Origin: Candidatus Micrarchaeota archaeon
GTDB taxonomy: Archaea > Iainarchaeota > Iainarchaeia > JAADDC01
Length of the DNA stretch: 32,000 nt
Direction of reading: 5' to 3'
Assembly: GCA_027011045.1 (NCBI GenBank)
Contig: JALVAT010000014.1
Coordinates: 519-32,518, forward strand
The translations under genes and the position numbers were made by a program. Numbering within the stretch: position 1 is the first letter of the stretch; each line of letters opens with the position of its first letter. The notes under the pieces are model-generated. The model did no database searches, was not told the DNA's origin, and worked only from the letters and a program-made list of their open reading frames with translations. Shown here piece after piece: positions 22,921 to 30,875 of this stretch.

Positions 22921-23724
22921 ATGGGAAGCTTTAACATCGTCGTTGACTCCAGTGTTGACGCCGGCGACTGGCAGCCCCCCTTCGCGCCAATACACGTTTA
23001 CGCAGGCGCCGTTCACATGCTGGACAAGAAGGAGTTCACAATCGCCGAACTGAAGCGAGCACTGAACAGGGGTGCTCCACTGCGCACTTCGGCACCTTCC
23101 GTGAAGGACTGGATGAACGTGTATGAATCCATGGGCAAAGATAAACCCATCCTCGCGATTACGCTCTCAAAGCATATTAGCGCATCGTATAACAGCGCGG
23201 TTGCCGCTGCCAGGATCATGGCAAAGCGGGGCTACGACGTACGGGTTTTCGATTCCCTATCTGGAAGCGCAGCATCGGGTCTCCTCGCGCTGCGGGCGAG
23301 GGAGATGAGCGAAAGGGGAGTACCGATCGACGACGCCCTCAAGGAGCTCGAAGCACTACGGGCACGCACGGAGATCTGGCTTGTTTTGGCAGATCCCGAG
23401 GCGGCAGCAAGATCCGGCAGATTCCCCATGCTGGCAGGAAAGATCGCACGGTTTCTGCGCGTGAAGCTCGTCTTTGACGTGGAGAACGGCGTGTTTGTGA
23501 AGAAGGCTGTATTCATGGGGGACGATAGAGCAATCCTCTATCTCGCTCAGGTTGCAAAGGGAGCAGAGCAAGTGGTCGTTGGCGTTGCGGGTGAGAATCC
23601 GGCTGCAGATCGTCTGCGGGCCACCCTCCGCGTTGCGGGGATAGATGCACCCATCTGGCAGGTGGATCCCGCGCTTGCTGTGCATTTGGGCTACGGCGTT
23701 TACGGTGTTGCGCTAATAAGGTAG
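22921..23724 (+). CDS. DegV family (FakB-like lipid-binding) protein, paralog 2 (267 aa)
   Basis: Landmarks are IVVDSSVDAG, RTSAPSV (position of TSQPSP), ITLSKHISASYNSA and VFDSLSGSAASG. The ATG is preceded by GGTGATCC, complementary to the 16S 3' tail. Confidence 0.8.
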   Translation: MGSFNIVVDSSVDAGDWQPPFAPIHVYAGAVHMLDKKEFTIAELKRALNRGAPLRTSAPSVKDWMNVYESMGKDKPILAITLSKHISASYNSAVAAARIMAKRGYDVRVFDSLSGSAASGLLALRAREMSERGVPIDDALKELEALRARTEIWLVLADPEAAARSGRFPMLAGKIARFLRVKLVFDVENGVFVKKAVFMGDDRAILYLAQVAKGAEQVVVGVAGENPAADRLRATLRVAGIDAPIWQVDPALAVHLGYGVYGVALIR

Positions 23725-23813
23725 TACCTCAGGAGCGGACCTTTCGGGCACCGGACCCACACTGCCGATCTCATCATCGGTGTTTTAAACGAATTGCGAG
23801 GGAATTATAAGGT

Positions 23814-24095
23814 ATGGGCATTACCAGAGAGGAGCTTCTTCACGTTGCCAAGATTGCGAGAATTGAACTGAGCGAACAGGAAATCGAAGAACTTCTTCCA
23901 CAGTTTAACGAGATCCTTTCTCTTCTGGAGCGCGTCAAAAGCTTGCCACTTTCCGATGAAACAACCATAAAGACCACGGAAAACATGGATGAGTTTCGGG
24001 AGGATCGCGTGGCACCCTTTGAGGATCCGGATGCCATCGTGGAACAGTTTCCCCGCAGAGAAGGGCGGCTTGCGAAGGTTCCGCGCAACCTGTGA
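23814..24095 (+). CDS. gatC: Asp-tRNA(Asn)/Glu-tRNA(Gln) amidotransferase subunit C
   Basis: ITREELLHVAKIARIELSEQEIEELLPQFNEILSLLERV is the canonical GatC pattern. TTTTAAAC (23783-23790) is centred about 27 nt upstream of the ATG. Confidence 0.9.
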   Translation: MGITREELLHVAKIARIELSEQEIEELLPQFNEILSLLERVKSLPLSDETTIKTTENMDEFREDRVAPFEDPDAIVEQFPRREGRLAKVPRNL

Positions 24096-24104
24096 GGCGA
24101 TACT

Positions 24105-25538
24105 ATGGTAGAAACGACCTACACGGAGGAACTCATCCACAGGCTCAAGACGGGCGAGATAAGCCCTGAAGAGCACCTCGAAGAAAAGCTAGACACCATA
24201 CGGTCTAGGGACTCCGAGCTCAATGCATTTATAACGGTAACAGAGGAACTTGCTCGTAAACTCACCCAGAAAGCAGCAGAAGCGATAAAAGAGGGGCATG
24301 GTGAGCTCTTTTACGGGCTTATTTGGGGTATTAAGGACAACTTCGCCCTGAAGGGCGTCCGCATGACCTGCGGATCCAAGATGCTCGAACACTACGTACC
24401 GCCGTACACTGCCACGCCTGTGGAGCGCATACTGGAGAATAACGGCGTTATCGTGGGCAAGCTCAACATGGACGAGTTCGCCTGTGGATCCTCCGGTGAA
24501 ACGTCCTACTTTGGGCCAACTCGGAACGCCCGCGATCCCGAGCGCGTTCCAGGCGGTTCGTCCTCCGGGGCTGGTGCGGCTGTGGCAGCGGAGCTCGTGG
24601 ATCTGGCCCTTGGATCTGATACTGGCGGATCCATTAGGAATCCCGCGAGCTTCAACGGCGTCGTGGGCCTGAAGCCAACGTACTCGCTCGTCTCGCGTTA
24701 CGGTCTTGCAGACCTCGCCATGAGCCTCGACGTTCCCGGTCCCCTCGCGCAGGACGCCTTCGGCATTGCCCTAGCAATGGAGGCGATTCAGGGCTACGAT
24801 TCAAGGGATCGCGTAACGGCGCACCGTAGACTGCCATTCCTCGATAGTTTGGACAGCTTCGATCCAGATCGCACGCGTATCGGATTCACGGAAGCACTCT
24901 TGGATGGCGTGGAGCCAGCCGTTAGAAAGGCAACCCTGCACGTGCTCAAATTCTTCGAATCCAAGGGTACCGAGATCGTAGAGGTTGAACTGCCCGATAT
25001 ATGGGCTGCATTCCCCACATACTACCTTGTAATGTACCCCGAATTTGCCTCCGCCATGCAGAAGTTCGACGGTCTGAAGTACGGACACAGGGTGGACGGC
25101 CAGACGCTGTACGATACCGTTGCTCGCAGCAGGGCGGAGGGCTTCGGCAAGGAGATCAAGCGCCGCATTATCATGGGCACATACATCTCAATGGCGGAGC
25201 ACGCAGGAAAGTGGTACACCCTTGCCCTAAAGGCAAGGAGCATGATCCAGCGCAGCTTCCAGAGGGCCCTTGAGCGTGCGGACTTCCTCCTATTCCCCAC
25301 TGTACCCGTTCTACCGTTCAAGCTAGGGGAGCGCATAAATGACCCGGTTCAGATGTACATGGCGGATGCCCTGACAGTTCCCGCAAACCTCACGGGGATG
25401 CCCGCGATCTCGTTCCCTGGCGGGTGGAAGGATCACTTGCCCATTGGCGTGCAGCTCCTTGGAAATCACTTCCAGGATCATTTCATCGTATCTGCGGTGC
25501 GTTTCTTTGAGAAGGAGGGTAGGCCGTGGTCCGAATAG
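24105..25538 (+). CDS. gatA: Asp-tRNA(Asn)/Glu-tRNA(Gln) amidotransferase subunit A
   Basis: The amidase signature is GGSSSGAGAAVA...GSDTGGSIRNPASFNGVVGLKPTY. IKDNF and the 477-aa length also fit. Confidence 0.95.
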   Translation: MVETTYTEELIHRLKTGEISPEEHLEEKLDTIRSRDSELNAFITVTEELARKLTQKAAEAIKEGHGELFYGLIWGIKDNFALKGVRMTCGSKMLEHYVPPYTATPVERILENNGVIVGKLNMDEFACGSSGETSYFGPTRNARDPERVPGGSSSGAGAAVAAELVDLALGSDTGGSIRNPASFNGVVGLKPTYSLVSRYGLADLAMSLDVPGPLAQDAFGIALAMEAIQGYDSRDRVTAHRRLPFLDSLDSFDPDRTRIGFTEALLDGVEPAVRKATLHVLKFFESKGTEIVEVELPDIWAAFPTYYLVMYPEFASAMQKFDGLKYGHRVDGQTLYDTVARSRAEGFGKEIKRRIIMGTYISMAEHAGKWYTLALKARSMIQRSFQRALERADFLLFPTVPVLPFKLGERINDPVQMYMADALTVPANLTGMPAISFPGGWKDHLPIGVQLLGNHFQDHFIVSAVRFFEKEGRPWSE

Positions 25539-26866
25539 GGTTCGAGATACACGTTCAGCTGAAGACGGACTCCAAGCTCTTCTGCAGCTGTTCCACGAGG
25601 TTCCTGGACGCAGAGCCTAACACCAATGTCTGCCCCGTTTGTACTGCCCAGCCCGGTTCCAAGCCAGAGGGCATCAACGAGGAGGTCCTGCGAAAGGCTG
25701 TCCAGGTTGCGCTTGCCCTCAACTGCAAGATCAAGACGGAGCCCCTGCGCTTCCTTAGAAAGCATTACTTCTACCCAGACCTCCCAAATAACTACCAGAG
25801 AACATCGGAGCCCTTTGCCGTGGAGGGAGAGCTCAACGGCGTGCGAATACGGGAAATACACATCGAGGAGGACCCCGGGCGTTACGAGCTGCGTGACGGA
25901 ACCGTGGACTACAACAGAGCGGGTGTTCCACTCATAGAGATCGTTACCGAGCCGGATATGCACAGTGTGGAGGAGGCAAGGGAGTTCCTGAAGCACCTGC
26001 GCGCGGTTCTCGACTATCTCGACGTAATACTCTACCCCCAGATCGGGTTCCGCGTTGACGCCAACGTGAGCATTGAAGGTGGCGAGCGCGTTGAGATTAA
26101 GAACATCAACACGATACACGGCGTTGTGAAGGCACTAAGGTATGAAATATCACGGCACAAGCGCATGCTGCAGATGGGTAAGGAGATCAAGAGAGAAACG
26201 CGGCACTGGGACGAGGTTCGTGGAGTGACAGTCACCCTGAGGGAGAAGGAAACCGCGGAGGACTACAGATACATGGTGGATCCCGATATCCCGCCGTACC
26301 ACATCGATCCGGCGTTGATAGAGGAGCTTCGAGCCAAGATGCCCGAGCTACCCTTCCAGAAGAAGGAACGTCTAATGGAGCAGTACGGAATCGATGAGAG
26401 CACCGCCTGGACCCTTGTCCTGGACAAGGAGCTGGGCAACCTCTTTGAGGCGCTCGCCAAGTCAGTAGGTGCCAAAAACGCAGCCAGCTTCTGTACAAAC
26501 CTGCGCGGTGAGCTGAACTACCGCGGTATATATCTCTCTGAGGTGCCTCGCCGCGAGCGGCTCGAGAAGTTGGCGAAGCTCTACTTCAGTGGCCAGATAA
26601 CAAAGCCCGTATACATTGAGTACATGCGCAAGATCCTTGACGATCCCAGCTTCGAACCACAGGCGCAGGAGCAGCTCTCCGACGATGAAATCAGGGAAAT
26701 CGCCAGGCAGATAATTGAGGGGAACGCTGCTGCCGTTAGCGACTACAAGCGCGGCGAGAAGAAGGCGATAAACTACCTTGTCGGTCAGATCGTTGCCAGA
26801 ACGAAGGGACGTGCAGATCCGAAACGGGCTATTCAGATCCTTCGGGAGGAGCTTGAGCGGGCGTAG
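25526..26866 (+). CDS. gatB: Asp-tRNA(Asn)/Glu-tRNA(Gln) amidotransferase subunit B
   Basis: Motifs are RIGFEIHVQLKTDSKLFCSC, YPDLPNNYQ, IHIEEDPG, NRAGVPLIEIVTEPD and the C-terminal YqeY-like INYLVGQIVARTKGRADP. GTG 25526 overlaps the gatA end and follows AGGAGGGT. Confidence 0.95.
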   Translation: MVRIGFEIHVQLKTDSKLFCSCSTRFLDAEPNTNVCPVCTAQPGSKPEGINEEVLRKAVQVALALNCKIKTEPLRFLRKHYFYPDLPNNYQRTSEPFAVEGELNGVRIREIHIEEDPGRYELRDGTVDYNRAGVPLIEIVTEPDMHSVEEAREFLKHLRAVLDYLDVILYPQIGFRVDANVSIEGGERVEIKNINTIHGVVKALRYEISRHKRMLQMGKEIKRETRHWDEVRGVTVTLREKETAEDYRYMVDPDIPPYHIDPALIEELRAKMPELPFQKKERLMEQYGIDESTAWTLVLDKELGNLFEALAKSVGAKNAASFCTNLRGELNYRGIYLSEVPRRERLEKLAKLYFSGQITKPVYIEYMRKILDDPSFEPQAQEQLSDDEIREIARQIIEGNAAAVSDYKRGEKKAINYLVGQIVARTKGRADPKRAIQILREELERA

Positions 26867-27110
26867 ATCCCTCCGCCTTCTTTTCCCCATCTTCCTTGGC
26901 GGATTCCCACTCTTCCCTGGGCGGTATTCTGCCCTCGGCAATGAGCTGTTCAATTATGGTCTCCACCGTACGCCGCGAAGGCACGTAGTCTACCCTTCCA
27001 AAGCCCACAAGCAGCTGTATCTTTGTCCGCAACGCCTCCTTTTGGTCAAGACGGTGTGTGGATTTCTCCTCAGTAGTAACAGCGCGTTTTTCGCCTCTTT
27101 TGTCGCCCAT
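26829..27110 (-). CDS. hypothetical protein, 93 aa, divergent from rbcL
   Basis: ATG 27110 lies 26-27 nt from the shared TATA box. The core is plausibly coding (…LRTKIQLLVGFGRVDYVPSRRTVETIIEQLIAEGRIP…) and the tail is E/K/P-rich. Its 3' end overlaps the gatB 3' end convergently by 38 nt. The track ORF (to 27359) runs through the rbcL start and was trimmed. Confidence 0.5.
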   Translation of the reverse strand: MGDKRGEKRAVTTEEKSTHRLDQKEALRTKIQLLVGFGRVDYVPSRRTVETIIEQLIAEGRIPPREEWESAKEDGEKKAEGSTPAQAPPEGSE

Positions 27111-27131
27111 AGCAAAATTTCGCACCCCAAA

Positions 27132-27141
27132 GAATATAAAT
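27132..27141. promoter_or_regulatory. single near-palindromic TATA box (GAATATAAAT / ATTTATATTC) shared by divergent leaderless genes
   Basis: The 51-nt intergenic spacer holds only this AT-rich element. Its centre (about 27136.5) is 25.5 nt from ATG 27162 (rbcL) and 26.5 nt from ATG 27110 on the minus strand. Confidence 0.55.
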
Positions 27142-27161
27142 CGCCGAGACGTTTTACCAAC

Positions 27162-28412
27162 ATGACTGGGAAGTACGACTATATTGATCTGGGGTATGAG
27201 CCAAGGGAAAGCGATGTTGTTGTTACCTTTTACCTCGAGCCACACCCAGAGGAGACCTTTGAGAGTGCAGCTAACAAGGTTGCAGCCGAATCGTCCATAG
27301 GCACATGGACTGACGTCAAAACAATGCTCCCAGAGATCTACGAGAAGCTCAGACCACACGTCTTCGAGATGGACAAGGGATCTGGCATCATAAAGATCGC
27401 ATACCCCGCCTACGGCCTCGAAGCGGGGAACATGCCTGGAATTCTCGCAGGTATCGCGGGTAACATCTTTGGCATGAAGGCAGCCAAGAACCTCCGCCTC
27501 CTCTGGATAGACTGGCCCGAAGAGATCGTGCGCGAGTACAAGGGGCCCCTCTACGGTATTGAAGGCGTGCGCAAGTTCTTCGGCGTCTACGACAGGCCGC
27601 TTCTCGGCACCATCGTAAAGCCCAAGGTGGGTCTACCCCCTGACAAGTTTGCAGAGGTTGCATACCACGCGTGGCGCGGCGGACTCGACGTTGTGAAGGA
27701 CGACGAGAACCTGGTCAGCCAGAAGTTCTGCCCCTTTGAGGACCGTCTCTACAAGATGATGGAAAAGAAGGACCTTGCGGAGGAGGAAACGGGCGAGAAG
27801 AAGGGCTACATGGTCAACATCACTGCGCCGTGGGACGAGATGATCAGGCGCGCTGAAATGGTCGAAGACGCTGGCAACGAGTACGTGATGCTGGACGTTG
27901 TTGTTCTCGGGTTCTCCGCGGTTCAGGCGTTCCGCAACTACGGCTTCGAGTTCATCATCCACGCACACAGGGCGATGCACGGCGCCATCACGAAGAACAA
28001 GAAGCACGGAATTAAGATGTCTGTCCTTGCAAGGATATACAGAATGCTCGGCGTGGACCAACTGCACGTGGGAACTGCCGTCGGCAAGATGGCCGAGGAC
28101 AAGGAGGACGTCCTCGACAACGTACACGCTGTCAGGGATCCGTTCTACCACATCAAGCCCACGTTCCCCGTGGCGTCCGGAGGTCTGCACCCCGGCCTGG
28201 TGCCTGACATAGTGGAGATCTTCGGCAAGGACGTTATCATACAGGCTGGTGGCGGTGTGCACGGACACCCCGAGGGCACAGAGGCTGGCGCCCGCGCCAT
28301 GAGGCAGGCGGCTGAGGCGGTTCTCGAAGGCGTAACGCTCGAGGAGTATGCGAAGGATCACAGGGAGCTTGCCCTTGCCCTTGAGAAGTGGGGTAGGCGC
28401 AGAACCCGCTGA
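27162..28412 (+). CDS. rbcL: ribulose-1,5-bisphosphate carboxylase/oxygenase large subunit, archaeal type III, 416 aa
   Basis: Motifs are AAESSIGTWT, IAGNIFGMK, GTIVKPKVGL, GGLDVVKDDENL (carbamylated Lys context), IHAHRAMHGA, LHVGTAVGKM, SGGLHPG and QAGGGVHGHP. No small subunit gene is adjacent. The track ORF start 26778 was trimmed to ATG 27162. Confidence 0.95.
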   Translation: MTGKYDYIDLGYEPRESDVVVTFYLEPHPEETFESAANKVAAESSIGTWTDVKTMLPEIYEKLRPHVFEMDKGSGIIKIAYPAYGLEAGNMPGILAGIAGNIFGMKAAKNLRLLWIDWPEEIVREYKGPLYGIEGVRKFFGVYDRPLLGTIVKPKVGLPPDKFAEVAYHAWRGGLDVVKDDENLVSQKFCPFEDRLYKMMEKKDLAEEETGEKKGYMVNITAPWDEMIRRAEMVEDAGNEYVMLDVVVLGFSAVQAFRNYGFEFIIHAHRAMHGAITKNKKHGIKMSVLARIYRMLGVDQLHVGTAVGKMAEDKEDVLDNVHAVRDPFYHIKPTFPVASGGLHPGLVPDIVEIFGKDVIIQAGGGVHGHPEGTEAGARAMRQAAEAVLEGVTLEEYAKDHRELALALEKWGRRRTR

Positions 28413-28471
28413 TCCCTTCTCTTTAACTCTATTTTTGTTCAATTCAAGAGCTTGCAAAGAGATACGGACGT

Positions 28472-28672
28472 ATGATCCCGAGGCACCTGCCCCCCGAGGC
28501 AAAGATTGCCCAGATCGCGGAGATTCCGCTCTATCGAATTACGCCCACGCGCGAGATCCAAAGGGTGCCAAAGGGCGGAGACGCCCTTAAGAAGTACCTG
28601 CTCGTGCGGGACATTGAGGCGCTTACGCGCCAAGCGCGCTCCCGCGTGTTAGAAAGGGAAAGGAAATTGTGA
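28472..28672 (+). CDS. hypothetical small protein, 66 aa; weak resemblance to excisionase/MerR-type HTH
   Basis: The ATG has an AT-rich stretch (CTCTATTTTTG at about 28428-28438) upstream. The pattern AKIAQIAEIPLYRI...RVPKGG...YLLVRDIEAL resembles HTH_17. An antisense ORF of similar size exists, so coding status is uncertain. Confidence 0.35.
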   Translation: MIPRHLPPEAKIAQIAEIPLYRITPTREIQRVPKGGDALKKYLLVRDIEALTRQARSRVLERERKL

Positions 28673-28948
28673 TTACATCCCCAGAAAGCCGACACCGCTC
28701 ATGGCGGCGTCCTGCTCCTCCTCAATCTTCTTCTTGATTTCTTCCTCGTTTTCAGGGCGCTCAAAGGCACCGGATTCCTCTATAATCTTGAAAACAGCGT
28801 CGTTGGCCTTAATGTAAATGTAATCGCCCTTCCCCACACCGAGAGAAGCACCGTCCCTCTGTATATAGCCAGCTCGCTTAATCTCGTCTCGCTCAAGAAT
28901 CTCGCGGGCCTTTGCCTTGTCCACAATGCGGTAAACGCGAACCTCCAT
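28673..28948 (-). CDS. hypothetical protein, 91 aa
   Basis: ATG 28948 lies 26 nt from a minus-strand TATAAAA box (28971-28977), so the track start 28966 was trimmed. The protein is charged with an acidic C-terminal helix (EEEIKKKIEEEQD). I recognise no family. Confidence 0.6.
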   Translation of the reverse strand: MEVRVYRIVDKAKAREILERDEIKRAGYIQRDGASLGVGKGDYIYIKANDAVFKIIEESGAFERPENEEEIKKKIEEEQDAAMSGVGFLGM

Positions 28949-29063
28949 GTACCAACGGGCTGCCAAATGTTTTTATAGGCTCAGTGCTGGAAGGGTGTCC
29001 TCACCCATCAGTGGGGCAAGGCCTCATCATCGCCTTTATATCCCTTCGTGGCCAAATTCATAT

Positions 29064-30875
29064 ATGGCTTCTCCAGAAAAAATCGTTCCGGATACTTCCG
29101 CGATCATAAACGGCGTTGTCTCCCGCATGATTGAATCCGGTGAGTGGGAGGGCTCGGAAGTTCATATTCACAATGCAACCCTAACAGAGCTTGAGATTCA
29201 AGCAAATAAGAACAGGGATACGGGCTTCGTGGGTCTTGAGGAGATCCAGCGCCTCCAGGCCTTTGCAAAGGAGGGACGCATTACCCTTCGGTTTGATGGG
29301 CGTAGACCAACGCCGGAAGAGATAAAGTACGGGCGTTTCGGGCTTGTGGATGCTCTTATACGTGATCTGGCCCTGGAACTCAAGGCGACCTTCGTGACTT
29401 CGGACCACGTACAGGCAGAGGTGGCGCGGGCCTACGGCCTCGACGTCGTCTACGTTCCCCCAACGCGGGTCCACGGCGATCCCGAGTTCACGCAGTACTT
29501 TGACGGCCACACGATGTCCGTCCACCTCCGCGCTGGACTGCCCCCTCTGGCGAAGAAGGGAACCCCTGGTAAGTTTAAGCTCGTCCAAATCTCCAAGGAA
29601 ACGCTGACAGAGGATGACATCCGGCGAATGGCGAAGGAAATTGTGGAGCGCGCATCCAAGGAGCCAGATGCGTACATAGAGCGCGAATACGAGGGTGCCA
29701 CCGTGGTTCAGTACAAGAACTACCGTATAGTCATTGCGCATCCGCCATTTTCGGACGCGTGGGAGATTACGGCGGTGCGCCCACTCATAAAGGCCACCCT
29801 CGACGACTACACAGTATCTGAAAAGTTGCGCAAGCGGCTCGAGGAACGCGCGGAGGGCATACTCATCGCCGGCGCTCCAGGTGCGGGTAAGAGTACCTTT
29901 GCGCAGGCACTGGCAGAGTTCTACGCGAGTAAGGGCAAGATCGTCAAGACCATGGAGTCCCCCAGGGATCTGCAGGTGGACGAGCGGATCTCCCAGTATG
30001 CGCCCCTGGAGGGAGACATGGAGAACACCGCGGACCTGCTCCTTCTCCTCAGGCCCGACTACACGGTGTACGACGAGGTGCGAAAGACCAGGGACTTCGA
30101 GATCTTTGCGGATATGCGCATGGCGGGCGTCGGAATGATTGGAGTGGTCCACGCATCCCGCCCCATAGAGGCGATCCAGCGCTTCGTTCGCCGCCTCGAG
30201 CTTGGCATAATTCCCCAGGTCGTCGATACGGTCATCTTCATCGAGGGCGGCGATATTTCAAAGGTCTACAGGCTGGACCTTGTCGTGAAGGTACCCTCCG
30301 GAATGAAGGACGAGGATCTTGCCCGTCCAGTGGTGGAAGTGCGCGATTTTGAGACGGGGGAGCTCGAATACGAGATCTACACATACGGCGAGGAAACCTT
30401 CGTCGTCCCCGTGCAAGAAGGCGAAGAAAAGCACCCCATCGAGAAGTTCGCGGAGAAGGCAATACTTCAGGAGCTGCGGACGCTGATCGACGTCCCCTTC
30501 GAGGCAGAGGTCAAGAACGGCAGGGTAATAATCAGGGCGTATCCAGAGGACATCCCCCACATTATTGGACGCGGCGGCTCAAAGGTCAGCGCGCTCGAGG
30601 ACCACATAGGAATGCCCTTAGACGTCAAGAGCTTCGACGAGGAGGAACTCTCCAAACCGAGGGTGCTCGTAAAGGAAACGCCCAAGTACTTTCTGATACA
30701 GGTCGGCAAGGCGTTTAGAAACAAGTACGTCAAGCTCCTGGCAGACGGCAGCGAGCTAGATGTGGTCAAGGTCAACAGGCGCGGGGTAATAAAGGTCAAG
30801 AAAAACACGGCAACGGGAGAGGCGATCCGATTCGCCGTGCGTAGCGGGAAGCGCATAGAGGTGCAGCCAGCGTGA
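29064..30875 (+). CDS. PIN domain - P-loop ATPase - KH domain protein (COG1855 / PINA-like PilT-family ATPase), 603 aa
   Basis: The N-terminal PIN-like region is IVPDTSAIINGVVS...TSDHVQAEVARAYG. Walker A is GAPGAGKST and Walker B-like is TVYDEVR. The C-terminal KH GxxG motif is IIGRGGSKVSALE. TTTATATC (29035-29042) is centred about 25 nt upstream of ATG 29064, so the track start 28947 is rejected. Confidence 0.88.
   Translation: MASPEKIVPDTSAIINGVVSRMIESGEWEGSEVHIHNATLTELEIQANKNRDTGFVGLEEIQRLQAFAKEGRITLRFDGRRPTPEEIKYGRFGLVDALIRDLALELKATFVTSDHVQAEVARAYGLDVVYVPPTRVHGDPEFTQYFDGHTMSVHLRAGLPPLAKKGTPGKFKLVQISKETLTEDDIRRMAKEIVERASKEPDAYIEREYEGATVVQYKNYRIVIAHPPFSDAWEITAVRPLIKATLDDYTVSEKLRKRLEERAEGILIAGAPGAGKSTFAQALAEFYASKGKIVKTMESPRDLQVDERISQYAPLEGDMENTADLLLLLRPDYTVYDEVRKTRDFEIFADMRMAGVGMIGVVHASRPIEAIQRFVRRLELGIIPQVVDTVIFIEGGDISKVYRLDLVVKVPSGMKDEDLARPVVEVRDFETGELEYEIYTYGEETFVVPVQEGEEKHPIEKFAEKAILQELRTLIDVPFEAEVKNGRVIIRAYPEDIPHIIGRGGSKVSALEDHIGMPLDVKSFDEEELSKPRVLVKETPKYFLIQVGKAFRNKYVKLLADGSELDVVKVNRRGVIKVKKNTATGEAIRFAVRSGKRIEVQPA

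Noticed and set aside
26778-27161. 128-codon N-terminal extension of the rbcL ORF; analogous extensions at alaX (12069..12404), AsxRS (19268..19474), PINA (28947..29063), metK (16155..16199) and the HExxH gene (2366..2659)
   Set aside because: The extensions overlap other genes or promoters and lack homology to the protein families. They are replaced by starts with correctly spaced TATA or SD signals.
27633-28502. 289-aa ORF antisense to rbcL
   Set aside because: The sense strand is a full-length type III RuBisCO, so this is a shadow ORF.
28439-28633. 64-aa minus-strand ORF antisense to the 66-aa plus ORF
   Set aside because: It would lie downstream of, and in series with, gene 28673..28948 but has no SD or promoter. 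The plus ORF has an HTH-like pattern. Both remain low confidence.
29181-30152. 323-aa ORF antisense to the PIN-ATPase-KH gene
   Set aside because: The sense strand carries PIN, Walker A and KH motifs. The antisense product has no motifs and an atypical composition.
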